From positions 60,001-92,000 of the forward strand of contig NZ_JHUX01000007.1 of NCBI RefSeq assembly GCF_000619845.1: a stretch of DNA of 32,000 nucleotides. Reading direction: 5' to 3'. The position numbers were made by a program, and so were the translations under genes. The DNA comes from Alkanindiges illinoisensis DSM 15370. GTDB lineage: Bacteria > Pseudomonadota > Gammaproteobacteria > Pseudomonadales > Moraxellaceae. Of this stretch, positions 1-9,176 are shown one piece after another (the first letter of the stretch is position 1; each line of letters begins with the position of its first letter). A model generated the notes under the pieces. It was given only the letters and a program-made list of their open reading frames with translations. It was not told the origin of the DNA and searched no databases.

Positions 1-1
1 C

Positions 2-88
2 TGGGCGGATGCGCTACCGGAAGAACGCGCCACGCTGGAGCTGTTACGCCAGCATGGTGCCAAAATGAGCAAGGAACTGGCCAGTTAA
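2..88 (+). CDS. 3' end of an unidentified CDS that starts upstream of the window (...WADALPEERATLELLRQHGAKMSKELAS*)
   Basis: Frame 2 is open from the window edge to TAA at 86-88. Too short to assign a product. Confidence 0.3.
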   Translation, partial: WADALPEERATLELLRQHGAKMSKELAS

Positions 89-166
89 GTTTGCTATATC
101 TGTACTATCCATGTAGGAAACAGCATGAATAGTGCATGGCTTGGTCTCATTATTCCACTGTGATGT

Positions 167-475
167 ATGTTGCTGTTTATTGGCTACTTTGGAATCATGC
201 GTGCGATATTTGAATCCGGTGAGTTACCAAAAATATCTCCTGAATTGACTGCCATGTATAAGAATTCCTTAATTGGAAGAAGTGGCGATAACAGCGTGCA
301 GTTTCTACTGATTCTGGTAGCTGTTCCAATTGTCTGCCTAGGATTTAGTGCTGGTTATTTTCAGTCTAGAACAACAGACCCGGGTTTGCGCTGGTTTGGC
401 CATGTTCTCGGTGTTTTAAATTTAATCTTAATCTGGGCGTTATTTCGATATCTAACGTCCAGCAAGCTTGTTTGA
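167..475 (+). CDS. small hydrophobic (about 3 TM) hypothetical membrane protein; translation may really begin at ATG 125 (see finding)
   Basis: 102-aa ORF with hydrophobic stretches. ATG 167 has no obvious SD. An in-frame ATG at 125 has AGGA 6 nt upstream but is separated from the ORF by TGA at 161-163. Confidence 0.4.
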   Translation: MLLFIGYFGIMRAIFESGELPKISPELTAMYKNSLIGRSGDNSVQFLLILVAVPIVCLGFSAGYFQSRTTDPGLRWFGHVLGVLNLILIWALFRYLTSSKLV

Positions 476-552
476 CGGATACAGGATAAAGCAAGTAATA
501 AAACTTAATTTCACTTGCTAACTGTCCTTAATCTTAAGGTTATCAATAAACT

Positions 553-2775
553 ATGACTAGTTTTGTGCAAAATGCGACAGAAAACCGTTCGGTTGCCGAG
601 TTTACCGAACAGGCGTATCTCAACTATGCCATGTACGTGATTATGGATCGCGCACTGCCGCATATTTCTGATGGCCTAAAGCCAGTGCAGCGCCGCATTG
701 TGTATGCCATGAGCGAACTTGGCTTAAAAAGCAGTGGCAAACCCAAAAAATCGGCACGCACGGTGGGTGATGTACTGGGCAAATATCACCCGCATGGGGA
801 CAGTGCCTGCTATGAAGCCATGGTGCTAATGGCACAGCCGTTTAGCTATCGCTATCCCCTCATTTCCGGGCAGGGTAACTGGGGCTCACCGGATGATCCA
901 AAATCCTTTGCGGCCATGCGTTACACCGAAGCCAAGCTGTCAGCTTACAGCGAGGTATTGCTTAGTGAACTGGGTCAGGGCACGGTGGAGTGGCAGGACA
1001 ATTTTGACGGTTCAATGAAAGAACCAGTCACCCTGCCAGCGCGTTTACCGAATATTTTACTGAATGGCACCACTGGTATTGCAGTGGGCATGGCCACTGA
1101 TATTCCGCCGCACAACCTGCGTGAAGTGGTCAAGGGCACCATTGCCTTACTCAAGAATCCTGAGCTGACGGATAAAAAGCTGGCTGGCTTTATTCCAGGA
1201 CCGGACTTGCCCACGCAGGCTGAAATTGTGTCCAGCCCGGATGAGTTGCTTAAAATCCAGACCACAGGCCGTGGCAGCTATCGCATGCGTGCTGTATACC
1301 ACGTGGATAAAGGCGAGATCATTATTACAGCACTGCCGTATCAGGTCTCCGGCAACAAGATTCTGACCCAGATTGCCGACCAGATGCAGGCCAAAAAACT
1401 GCCCTTGGTCACCGATTTACGTGATGAATCTGACCATGAAAACCCAACGCGTCTGGTGATTGAACTGCGCTCTAATCGCGTGGATGCCGATGCAGTGATG
1501 AGCCATTTGTTTGCCACCACCGATCTGGAAAGCAGCTACCGGGTGAACCTGAACATGATCGGGCAGGATGGTCGCCCACAGGTCAAGTCCATTCGTGAAA
1601 TTCTGCTGGAATGGCTGGCAATCCGGCAGGATACAGTGAAGCGCCGTCTGCGTTTCCAGCTGGATAAAATTGAGCGCCGCCTGCACATTCTGGCCGGTCT
1701 TTTAATTGCCTATCTGGATATTGATACAGTAATCAGGATTATCCGCGAGCAAGACAAACCCAAGCCGGTGCTGATGCAGCATTTTGGGATTGATGAAATT
1801 CAGGCCGAAGCCATTCTGGAGCTGAAACTGCGCCACCTGGCCCGTCTTGAAGAAATGGAAATTCGCCGCGAGCAGGATGAGCTGTCTGCACAGGCCAGCA
1901 AAATCCGTGAGCAACTGGAAAACCCGGAATCGTTGAAATCATTGATTATTGACGAACTACAGGCCGATGCCAAAATGCATGGGGATGAGCGCCGCTCACC
2001 GATTGTGCAGCGTGAGGAAGCCACTGCGCTCAAGGAAAGTGACCTGATTCCTGCCGAAGCCATTACCGTGGTGTTGTCGCAAGCTGGCTGGATTCGTGCT
2101 GCCAAAGGTGACATTGATGCAACGAATCTGAATTACCGTGCTGGTGACCAGTATCTGGCGCATTGTGCAGGCAAGTCCAACCAGCGGGTATTTTTGCTGG
2201 ATAGCACTGGACGTAGCTATGCAGTGGCAGCCAGCACCTTGCCATCAGCACGCAGTCTGGGTGAACCGCTCACCACACGGCTAAATCCACCCGCAGGTAG
2301 CCGTTTTATTGACCTGATCATGGGTGAGGAAACGCAGTCGATTATTCTGGCCAGCAGTCAGGGCTATGGGTTTGCCAGCAGCATTGCCAATCTGGATACC
2401 AATGCCAAGGCCGGCAAGGCGCTGGTAAACCTGAGTGAGGACAGTGAACTGTTGCCATTGCTTGAGGTGCCTGCGCAGGCCGACCAGCTTGCCGTACTAT
2501 CCTCCAGTGGTCGTTTGCTGATTTTTACACTGGCGGATTTGCCTGTAATGAGCAAGGGTAAAGGTAACAAACTGATTGCACTGGAATCCGGTGAGCGCGT
2601 ACAAACCATGGTGGTCTTGAATGCGCAAAGCAGCCTTGCCATTGAAGCCGGTTCACGCACCCTGACGCTAAAAGGAGCTGATTTGGCGCACTATATCGGC
2701 AAGCGTGGTTTGCGCGGTCATTTACTGCCGCGAGGCTACCAAAAAGTTGCTGGCATGCGTACAATTTGGCCGTAA
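553..2775 (+). CDS. parC: DNA topoisomerase IV subunit A
   Basis: 740 aa. The N-terminus ...[39 protein letters not shown]... and [20 protein letters not shown] match the GyrA/ParC family and closely resemble Acinetobacter ParC as I recall it. QRDR residues Ser84 and Glu88 (own numbering) are the wild-type residues. Confidence 0.95.
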   Translation: MTSFVQNATENRSVAEFTEQAYLNYAMYVIMDRALPHISDGLKPVQRRIVYAMSELGLKSSGKPKKSARTVGDVLGKYHPHGDSACYEAMVLMAQPFSYRYPLISGQGNWGSPDDPKSFAAMRYTEAKLSAYSEVLLSELGQGTVEWQDNFDGSMKEPVTLPARLPNILLNGTTGIAVGMATDIPPHNLREVVKGTIALLKNPELTDKKLAGFIPGPDLPTQAEIVSSPDELLKIQTTGRGSYRMRAVYHVDKGEIIITALPYQVSGNKILTQIADQMQAKKLPLVTDLRDESDHENPTRLVIELRSNRVDADAVMSHLFATTDLESSYRVNLNMIGQDGRPQVKSIREILLEWLAIRQDTVKRRLRFQLDKIERRLHILAGLLIAYLDIDTVIRIIREQDKPKPVLMQHFGIDEIQAEAILELKLRHLARLEEMEIRREQDELSAQASKIREQLENPESLKSLIIDELQADAKMHGDERRSPIVQREEATALKESDLIPAEAITVVLSQAGWIRAAKGDIDATNLNYRAGDQYLAHCAGKSNQRVFLLDSTGRSYAVAASTLPSARSLGEPLTTRLNPPAGSRFIDLIMGEETQSIILASSQGYGFASSIANLDTNAKAGKALVNLSEDSELLPLLEVPAQADQLAVLSSSGRLLIFTLADLPVMSKGKGNKLIALESGERVQTMVVLNAQSSLAIEAGSRTLTLKGADLAHYIGKRGLRGHLLPRGYQKVAGMRTIWP

Positions 2776-2782
2776 GAGGGGT

Positions 2783-2801
2783 AAGGGGCGAAAGCCCCTT
2801 T
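2783..2801 (+). terminator. hairpin after parC (AAGGGGC-GAAA-GCCCCTT) with a weak T tail
   Basis: Perfect 7-bp GC-rich stem with a GAAA tetraloop, 8 nt after the parC stop. Only a short T tract follows. Confidence 0.4.
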
Positions 2802-2942
2802 AATCTGTTAAAACATGAAAATATTAACAGGAGCTTAAGCCAGCCAGTTGTGGTCAAAACATTTCTTGACTAATTGACACTAACTTGGTTTAACCCTAAT
2901 TAAATATCTTATGATAACCTTAGCCTAAGCTAGTGATAACCG

Positions 2943-4640
2943 ATGCACACAGGAGCGTTTTTCAACATGGATCATATTTGGTACAAGACGTACAAAACGG
3001 CAGGTATTCCAGAACAAATCGTTATGCCGGCAAATAACACCTCAATGGTTGACGTGTTTGAACGAAACTTTCAGAAATTCGGTTCACGCGATGCCTTTAT
3101 CTGTATGGATAAAGCCATGAGCTTTTCTGAACTTGATAATGCCAGCCGCAAATTTGCGGCCTACCTGCAATCCCTGAACCTGAGCAAGGGTGCACGTGTA
3201 GCAGTGATGATGCCCAACGTGCTGCAATATCCGGTAGCTGCCATTGGCATCCTGCGTGCCGGTTATGTGCTGGTTAATGTTAACCCGTTATATACCGCGC
3301 GTGAGCTTGAGCACCAGCTTAAGGATTCCGGCTCAGAAGTCCTGATTATTGTTGAAAACTTTGCGCATATTTTCTCGGAAATCCAGAACAACACACCGGT
3401 AAAACATACCATTGTGACTGGTGTGGGCGATTTGCTGGGTACGGTAAAAGGCCTGATTGTCAACATGGTACTGCGCCATGTACGCAAACAGGTTCCAGCA
3501 TGGAACATCAAGAATCATGTACCGTTTAAGGCTGCCCTGAACAAGTTTAGCGCCAATCGTTACAAGCGTCCGGTCATGAGCCTTGATGACACTGCCGTGC
3601 TGCAATATACCGGCGGTACCACTGGCGTTTCAAAAGGTGCCGAGCTGACTCACAGCAATCTGGTTGCCAACCTGTTACAGGTTGAAGCCATTTTCAAGAG
3701 TGCCTTTGATGAAGGCGCAACTGCTGAGCAAAACAATATCCTGTGCGCGCTACCGTTGTATCATATTTTTGCCTTCATGGTCTGTGCCATGTTTGGTATG
3801 TACACCGGCGCTACCAACATTCTGGTGCCAAATCCGCGTGACATTCCTGGGCTGGTTAAGGAACTGGCCAAATATCCACCGGCTTTCTTCCCGGCAGTGA
3901 ATACCCTGTTTAACGCACTGGTCAACAATGCCGACTTCCAGAAACTGGACTTTAGCAAGCTGAAAGTGGCGATGGGTGGTGGCATGGCAGTACTGCCATC
4001 AACTGCTGAAGCCTGGCAGCAAATTACGGGCCGTCCGATTGTGGAAGGCTATGGCCTGTCTGAAACCTCTCCGGTAGCAACGGCTAACCCGCCTTCCATT
4101 ACCAAGTACACCGGAACCATTGGTATTCCCTTGTCATCAACCGATGTTGCAATTCTGGATGACGATGGCAAGTCGGTAGCACTGGGCGAACAGGGTGAAA
4201 TTTCCATTCGTGGCCCACAGGTCATGAAAGGCTACTGGCAGCGTGCTGATGAAACCGCAAAGGTGATGACTGCCGATGGTTATTTCCGCACGGGTGACAT
4301 TGGCGTGATGGATGAAAACGGTTACGTTAAAATTGTAGACCGTAAAAAAGACATGATTCTGGTGTCTGGCTTTAACGTCTATCCTAGTGAAATTGAAGAA
4401 GTGGTTACCAAGCATCCTAAGGTGCTGGAAGCCGCGGCCATTGGTGTGGCAGATGCCAAAAGCGGTGAAGTGCCCAAGCTGTTCATTGTGAAAAAAGACC
4501 CAAGCCTTACCGTTGATGAAGTGCTGGCTTACACCAAGCAGAATTTGACTGGCTATAAACAGCCAAAATACGTTGAATTCATCGACGAGTTGCCAAAATC
4601 CAACGTGGGCAAAATCTTGCGTAAAGACCTGCGCAAATAA
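2943..4640 (+). CDS. fadD: long-chain fatty acid-CoA ligase (AMP-binding enzyme); more likely start is ATG 2967
   Basis: Contains AMP-binding motifs LQYTGGTTGVSKGAELTH, GYGLSETSP, YFRTGDIG and the C-terminal PKSNVGKILRKDLR. AGGAG lies about 10 nt upstream of ATG 2967 (MDHIWYK...). Confidence 0.9.
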   Translation: MHTGAFFNMDHIWYKTYKTAGIPEQIVMPANNTSMVDVFERNFQKFGSRDAFICMDKAMSFSELDNASRKFAAYLQSLNLSKGARVAVMMPNVLQYPVAAIGILRAGYVLVNVNPLYTARELEHQLKDSGSEVLIIVENFAHIFSEIQNNTPVKHTIVTGVGDLLGTVKGLIVNMVLRHVRKQVPAWNIKNHVPFKAALNKFSANRYKRPVMSLDDTAVLQYTGGTTGVSKGAELTHSNLVANLLQVEAIFKSAFDEGATAEQNNILCALPLYHIFAFMVCAMFGMYTGATNILVPNPRDIPGLVKELAKYPPAFFPAVNTLFNALVNNADFQKLDFSKLKVAMGGGMAVLPSTAEAWQQITGRPIVEGYGLSETSPVATANPPSITKYTGTIGIPLSSTDVAILDDDGKSVALGEQGEISIRGPQVMKGYWQRADETAKVMTADGYFRTGDIGVMDENGYVKIVDRKKDMILVSGFNVYPSEIEEVVTKHPKVLEAAAIGVADAKSGEVPKLFIVKKDPSLTVDEVLAYTKQNLTGYKQPKYVEFIDELPKSNVGKILRKDLRK

Positions 4641-4666
4641 GATTTTTGCAGTCATGTAAACAAAAG

Positions 4667-4692
4667 AGCAGTCCTGATGGGCTGCTTTTTTA
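4667..4692 (+). terminator. rho-independent terminator after fadD
   Basis: AGCAGTCC-tgat-GGGCTGCT stem (one G:U pair) followed by TTTTTTAT. Confidence 0.7.
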
Positions 4693-4734
4693 TACCTAAA
4701 TGCTGAAAATAAACTTTTAAAAGGTTAATGGCCC

Positions 4735-5166
4735 TTAAAATTTTTGCATCAGCTTAACCAAATAAGGCCGGGATAAGCGGAACAACGCAGTAAAACTACC
4801 TATTGCAACCAGTTGCAAAAACAAATGCCCGTGATCGAATTGCAAGTGATGGCTTATGAAGTTATCGGTCAGGCAAAAAACTAGCACCAAGGGTAATAAC
4901 AGCAACAGTGAGCGCTGATAAACACTGGACAGAATCAAGAACAGGCCAGTAACCATAAAGGTGGCCAGCAGTGAATATAAATTCTGGTTGGCAGCCATGA
5001 CACTAATGATCAATGCCAGAATAATAGCTGCAACTATGGTGAGTTTATTCAGGCGTTTCTCATGCTGCTGTTGCTGTGCCAATGCAGTATGAAGCGAGTT
5101 CTGATGTATTGGATCAGAATCCGGGGAGTGCGGGTGAGCAGGATCAGGCATACAAAGACAACCCAT
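4735..5166 (-). CDS. hypothetical membrane protein (His/Pro/Gln-rich N-terminus, then 3-4 TM segments)
   Basis: 143-aa ORF convergent with fadD. It has strongly hydrophobic segments and no recognised family. Start is uncertain (ATG 5166 or 5151). Confidence 0.5.
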   Translation of the reverse strand: MGCLCMPDPAHPHSPDSDPIHQNSLHTALAQQQQHEKRLNKLTIVAAIILALIISVMAANQNLYSLLATFMVTGLFLILSSVYQRSLLLLLPLVLVFCLTDNFISHHLQFDHGHLFLQLVAIGSFTALFRLSRPYLVKLMQKF

Positions 5167-5308
5167 ACAATAAAAATAGGAAGTGAGCAGGTAACGAGCC
5201 AGCAGGAAATCTGCAATTAAAAATTGACCTGATTGGCTAAAAAATCACATTATTATAGAAATTCTTATGCTAAGGTTGTGCTGTTTTTTTAAATTTTAAC
5301 AACAGCCA

Positions 5309-5704
5309 ATGAGTTCAATCAATTCCCTTATTTATGTCATTTTGGCAGCGTGTTTGCTGCCTTATGTATTTGCATGGATTGCCAAGCTAAGTGGCGGGTT
5401 TACTCTCAAGGATAACCAGCAGCCACGCGAATTTATGGCACGAACCACAGGGCTGGCTGCGCGTGCCAATGCAGTACAGCTCAACAGCTTTGAAAGCCTG
5501 CCGCTGTTTTTGACCAGTGTGCTGCTGGCAGAGTATCTGGTGGTACCGACAGCCATTACCTTTAATTTGAGCATTGCGTATCTGGTGCTACGACTATTGT
5601 ATGGCTGTGCCTATCTGGCCAACTGGGCCACGCTACGTAGTATTCTCTGGTTGCTGTCGATGGCATGTCCGGTACTTTTACTGTTATTGACGGCACGCAT
5701 CTGA
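5309..5704 (+). CDS. MAPEG-family membrane protein (YecN-like)
   Basis: 131 aa with 4 hydrophobic helices. The pattern ...REFMARTTGLAARANAVQLNSFESLPLF... resembles the MAPEG R-x-H/N-x-N-x-E/L core. Confidence 0.65.
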   Translation: MSSINSLIYVILAACLLPYVFAWIAKLSGGFTLKDNQQPREFMARTTGLAARANAVQLNSFESLPLFLTSVLLAEYLVVPTAITFNLSIAYLVLRLLYGCAYLANWATLRSILWLLSMACPVLLLLLTARI

Positions 5705-5855
5705 TCCAGAAGTGATAGCCCGGCCTATAGCTCTCCTGTCAGGCATTTTTGGTATGATCCGTCACAATGTCTGCTGCAATGGATGCCGGATGAGTCAACT
5801 TAGGGCTATAATGTGCCACGTTTTTTAAACCACCCTTTTGCAGTAGAGTGATCCT

Positions 5856-6383
5856 ATGAGCTACAACAACATTCCTCCCGGTAAAGATGCACCCAATGAT
5901 ATCTATGTGATCATTGAAATTCCTGCCAATCATGATCCGATCAAGTATGAAATTGACAAGGATTCTGATGCGCTGTTTGTTGACCGCTTCATGGGCACGC
6001 CCATGTTTTATCCGGCCAACTATGGCTATGTGCCAAACACCTTGTCTGAAGATGGCGACCCGCTTGATGTTCTGGTGGTAACGCCTTATCCAGTGGTTGC
6101 AGGTTCGGTAATCCGCTGCCGTCCGGTTGGCAAGCTGAAAATGGAAGATGACGGTGGCATTGACGCCAAGCTGGTTGCCGTGCCGCATGAAAAACTGACT
6201 CCGCTTTATAAAAACGTGCAGGAATACACGGACCTGCCAGAACTGCTGATCAAGCAAATTGAACATTTCTTTAGCCACTACAAAGACCTTGAGCCGGGCA
6301 AGTGGGTAAAAATCAGTGGCTGGGAAGGTAGTGACGTGGCCAAGGCTGAAGTATTAAAAGCCATTGAAGCCGCTAAAAAATAA
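5856..6383 (+). CDS. ppa: inorganic pyrophosphatase (family I)
   Basis: 175 aa. The segments [18 protein letters not shown]...LFVDRF...[23 protein letters not shown] are characteristic family I PPase sequence. Confidence 0.95.
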   Translation: MSYNNIPPGKDAPNDIYVIIEIPANHDPIKYEIDKDSDALFVDRFMGTPMFYPANYGYVPNTLSEDGDPLDVLVVTPYPVVAGSVIRCRPVGKLKMEDDGGIDAKLVAVPHEKLTPLYKNVQEYTDLPELLIKQIEHFFSHYKDLEPGKWVKISGWEGSDVAKAEVLKAIEAAKK

Positions 6384-6400
6384 GCAGTAGACAATCTTAA

Positions 6401-6441
6401 AATCCGTCCCTATGTTGTGCTAGCTGGGACGGATTTTTTTA
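6401..6441 (+). terminator. rho-independent terminator after ppa
   Basis: AATCCGTCCC ... GGGACGGATT 10-bp stem followed by TTTTTTT. Confidence 0.75.
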
Positions 6442-6481
6442 TGGGTATATATTTTTAAACCCTAATGGAGATGGATTAAAA

Positions 6482-6520
6482 AACGCCCTGTTTTAAGGCG
6501 TTCCTTTTTATCTTTTTTAA
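6482..6520 (+). terminator. second terminator-like hairpin (AACGCC...GGCGTT followed by T-rich tract)
   Basis: 6-bp stem with a 9-nt loop, followed by CCTTTTTATCTTTTTT. It lies 40 nt after the ppa terminator, and no ORF precedes it. Confidence 0.35.
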
Positions 6521-6629
6521 AAACGCACCAAGATGATCGACTAACTTGTAACCAGATTTTTGCTTATAAAAAATTATAAATATAAAAATAATAATTATAT
6601 TTCATATACTTAATTAAAAAAGCAAAGGT

Positions 6630-6645
6630 TGGCACGCCAATTGTA
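6630..6645 (+). promoter_or_regulatory. candidate sigma-54 (-24/-12) promoter TGGCACGCCAATTGTA upstream of porin gene 6707
   Basis: GG-N10-G spacing is correct and TGGCAC is perfect, but the -12 element reads TTGT instead of TTGC. It is intergenic, 62 nt before the ATG, and preceded by a long AT-rich tract. Confidence 0.4.
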
Positions 6646-6706
6646 TTAAGGAAATATGACAGCGTCGTCACTTTAAAACATAGATCGTTCTTGGGGAGCG
6701 TGCACA

Positions 6707-7486
6707 ATGAAATTTGGTTTAAAAACTCTGGTAGCTTCTGTGGTAGTGGTTAGCGGTTTAAGCAATGCAGTTGCTGCTGAAACAACACCTTTGCCATTTC
6801 CGGGAACAGTAACTGGCAACGTAGGCGTTGTATCCAATTATAACCTGCGTGGTATTACCACAGCACCATGGGGTCCAGAAAATGACAATGCTGCAGTACA
6901 GGGTGGTCTGGATTATAGCCATGACAGCGGCTTTTATTTAGGTTACTGGTTTTCAACCCTGGGGTATTCATACGCAGGATTGCAACCTGGTTGTGTAGGA
7001 ACAAAATGTACTACCAAATCTTTTGAAAATGACTTTTACGGTGGCTTTAAAGGCAAGCTGACTGAAGATGTGGGGTATACCGTGGGTGGTACGATTTATT
7101 ACTACTATCCGGGCTGGGAATCTACCGGTTATGAAACCATGCTGGGCCTGAACTACAAGGAATTCAGCATCAGCGCACAAACCCTGCTGAACAATGTGAC
7201 CTTCGGGAATAAGGGCGATACATATTTCCTTGCTACCTATGCCCCTGCATTACCCGGTGGCTTTACTGGTAAGGCACAGCTGGCCGCTTATTACTATGGT
7301 GATGATGATGAGTTTACCGGCCCGACCACCACAGACTTTGCTTTCCGTCATGCCACATTGGGTTTAAGTCATCCACTGGGTGCAACTGGCGCGACCATGA
7401 GTCTGGATTATCTGATTGGCGGTTATGCACGTGATGAAAGCAAACAGAAAAACAAAGTGGTACTAGGCGCAAGCTATACGTTCTAA
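6707..7486 (+). CDS. TorF-family putative outer-membrane porin (TIGR02001/Gcw_chp-like)
   Basis: Signal peptide MKFGLKTLVASVVVVSGLSNAVA. The motif GNVGVVSNYNLRGIT and the aromatic C-terminal ...GASYTF are typical of this beta-barrel family. It is a paralog of 9730-10515. Confidence 0.75.
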   Translation: MKFGLKTLVASVVVVSGLSNAVAAETTPLPFPGTVTGNVGVVSNYNLRGITTAPWGPENDNAAVQGGLDYSHDSGFYLGYWFSTLGYSYAGLQPGCVGTKCTTKSFENDFYGGFKGKLTEDVGYTVGGTIYYYYPGWESTGYETMLGLNYKEFSISAQTLLNNVTFGNKGDTYFLATYAPALPGGFTGKAQLAAYYYGDDDEFTGPTTTDFAFRHATLGLSHPLGATGATMSLDYLIGGYARDESKQKNKVVLGASYTF

Positions 7487-7505
7487 GCCATTAAATTTTT
7501 AAAAC

Positions 7506-7547
7506 TGCAATAAAAAGGAGCTGAATAATCAGCTCTTTTTTATTGCA
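7506..7547. terminator. bidirectional terminator between convergent porin and comM
   Basis: TGCAATAAAAAGGAGCTGA-ataa-TCAGCTCTTTTTTATTGCA is a long near-perfect palindrome with A/T runs on both sides. Confidence 0.75.
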
Positions 7548-7581
7548 TGAGGGAATGCTTCTGGTTTCAGATTTTGCAGTA

Positions 7582-9063
7582 TTAGCCCTGTCCCCGGTAA
7601 CTTAAGGCTTCGGTCAGGTGACTGCTGGCAATCACCTCACTGCCTGCCAGATCGGCAATGGTGCGTGCAACCCGCAAGATGCGGTGATAGGCACGTGCTG
7701 ACAGGTTCAGGCGTTGCTGCGCCAGCTGGATAATTTTTTGCTCAGGCTCACCCAGTACTGCAAACTGATCCAGCAATTGCGGATTTAAGGCTGCATTACT
7801 TAGGCCTTGCCGCTGAATCTGACGTTGGCGTGCTGCAATCACCCGGGCACGTACACTGGCTGAGCTTTCGCCCGCAGTTCGGGATTGCAAATCACTGGCC
7901 GGCAGGGCAGGTACTTCAATATGCAAATCAATACGATCCAGCAATGGTCCGGATAAACGGCCCCGATAACGCTTGACCATATCCGGTGTGCATTTGCAGC
8001 GCTGGCTGCTATCCGAGGCATAACCACAGGGACAGGGATTCATGGCGGCCACCAACTGAAAGTTGGCCGGAAAGGTAATTTGCCGTGCTGCCCGTGAAAT
8101 CACCACTTCCTTGGATTCCAGTGGCTGGCGCAATACTTCCAGCACTTTGCGGTCAAATTCTGGTAGCTCATCCAGAAACAGCACGCCATAATGCGCCAGA
8201 CTGATTTCACCGGGCCGTGGCTGTGAACCGCCACCCACCAGTGCTGCTGCCGATGCCGTATGATGCGGCGCACGAAAAGGCCGTTCGCCAAAACTTAAAG
8301 CGTGGTTGGCAATAGAATACACGCTAGCCACTTCCAGGCTTTCTTCATCATTCAGTGGCGGCAGAATACCGGGCAGACGTGACGCTAGCAGAGTTTTTCC
8401 AGTACCGGGCGGCCCACAAAACAGCAGTGAATGGCCACCTGCTGCTGCAATTTCCAGAGCGCGGCGTGCCCGATGCTGGCCTTTCACATCGGCCATATCC
8501 GGCAGGTTAATCTGCTGGGTAAGTGGCTGGTGCTGCACGAGAGCTAACTGTTCCACCTGCTGCAAATGGGCGCAAATTTGCTTAAGCGTGCCTGCCGCAT
8601 AAATCCGTGCGTCAGGAATCTTGGCGGCTTCATTGCCATTACCATGAGACACCAGCAATGGCCGTTTGGCCAGATGCGCGGCGCGGGCCACAGCCAGTAC
8701 ACCCATTACTGGACGCAAATCACCATTTAAGGCCAGTTCGCCCACAAACTCCTTGTCATGCAGGGCATCAGCATCCAGTTGGCCACTAGCCGCCAGAATA
8801 CCCAGCGCAATCGGTAAATCCAGTCTGGCGCCTTCTTTGGGCAGGTCGGCAGGCGCCAGATTAATAGTCAGGCGACGGCTGGGAAATTCAAACCCGCTAT
8901 TGATAATGGCAGAACGCACCCGATCCTTGCTTTCACGCACGGCAGCTTCAGGAAGGCCAACGATGGTGAGGGCAGGTAATCCCTGACTTAAATGCACTTC
9001 AACCTGAACTTCAGGCGCATGCAGGCCGAGCGCTGCCCGGGAGGTTACAACAGCAAATGACAT
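7582..9063 (-). CDS. comM: ComM/YifB Mg-chelatase-like AAA+ ATPase (competence-associated), uninterrupted
   Basis: 493 aa with a Lon-like N-terminal domain, Walker A GPPGTGKT, and ...VLFLDELPEF... and C-terminal ...AYHRILRVARTIADL... typical of YifB/ComM. Confidence 0.9.
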   Translation of the reverse strand: MSFAVVTSRAALGLHAPEVQVEVHLSQGLPALTIVGLPEAAVRESKDRVRSAIINSGFEFPSRRLTINLAPADLPKEGARLDLPIALGILAASGQLDADALHDKEFVGELALNGDLRPVMGVLAVARAAHLAKRPLLVSHGNGNEAAKIPDARIYAAGTLKQICAHLQQVEQLALVQHQPLTQQINLPDMADVKGQHRARRALEIAAAGGHSLLFCGPPGTGKTLLASRLPGILPPLNDEESLEVASVYSIANHALSFGERPFRAPHHTASAAALVGGGSQPRPGEISLAHYGVLFLDELPEFDRKVLEVLRQPLESKEVVISRAARQITFPANFQLVAAMNPCPCGYASDSSQRCKCTPDMVKRYRGRLSGPLLDRIDLHIEVPALPASDLQSRTAGESSASVRARVIAARQRQIQRQGLSNAALNPQLLDQFAVLGEPEQKIIQLAQQRLNLSARAYHRILRVARTIADLAGSEVIASSHLTEALSYRGQG

Positions 9064-9136
9064 AGAAAAACCTAAATTATTGTTTTGAAAATTTAATGAT
9101 TTTAAATAAGGACTGATTAAAAAGTACGCAGCTTAA

Positions 9137-9164
9137 ATTGTACAGCTAATCAGATTGTACAGCT
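9137..9164. repeat. two perfect 11-bp direct repeats ATTGTACAGCT (9137-9147 and 9154-9164), plus a degenerate copy GTACGCAGCT at 9124-9133
   Basis: Read directly in the 113-bp ubiK-comM spacer. Each copy contains the palindrome TGTACA. Confidence 0.6.
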
Positions 9165-9176
9165 CAAGGTGCACGG

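Noticed and set aside
4137-4655. 172-aa minus-strand ORF
   Set aside because: It is antisense to the fadD 3' half, and fadD motifs clearly define the coding strand.
5739-6278. 179-aa minus-strand ORF
   Set aside because: It is entirely antisense to the unambiguous ppa gene and its translation is not protein-like.
8306-8986. Plus-strand ORFs of 60-106 aa inside comM
   Set aside because: They are antisense artefacts of a GC-rich gene with Arg/Pro/Ala-rich nonsense translations.
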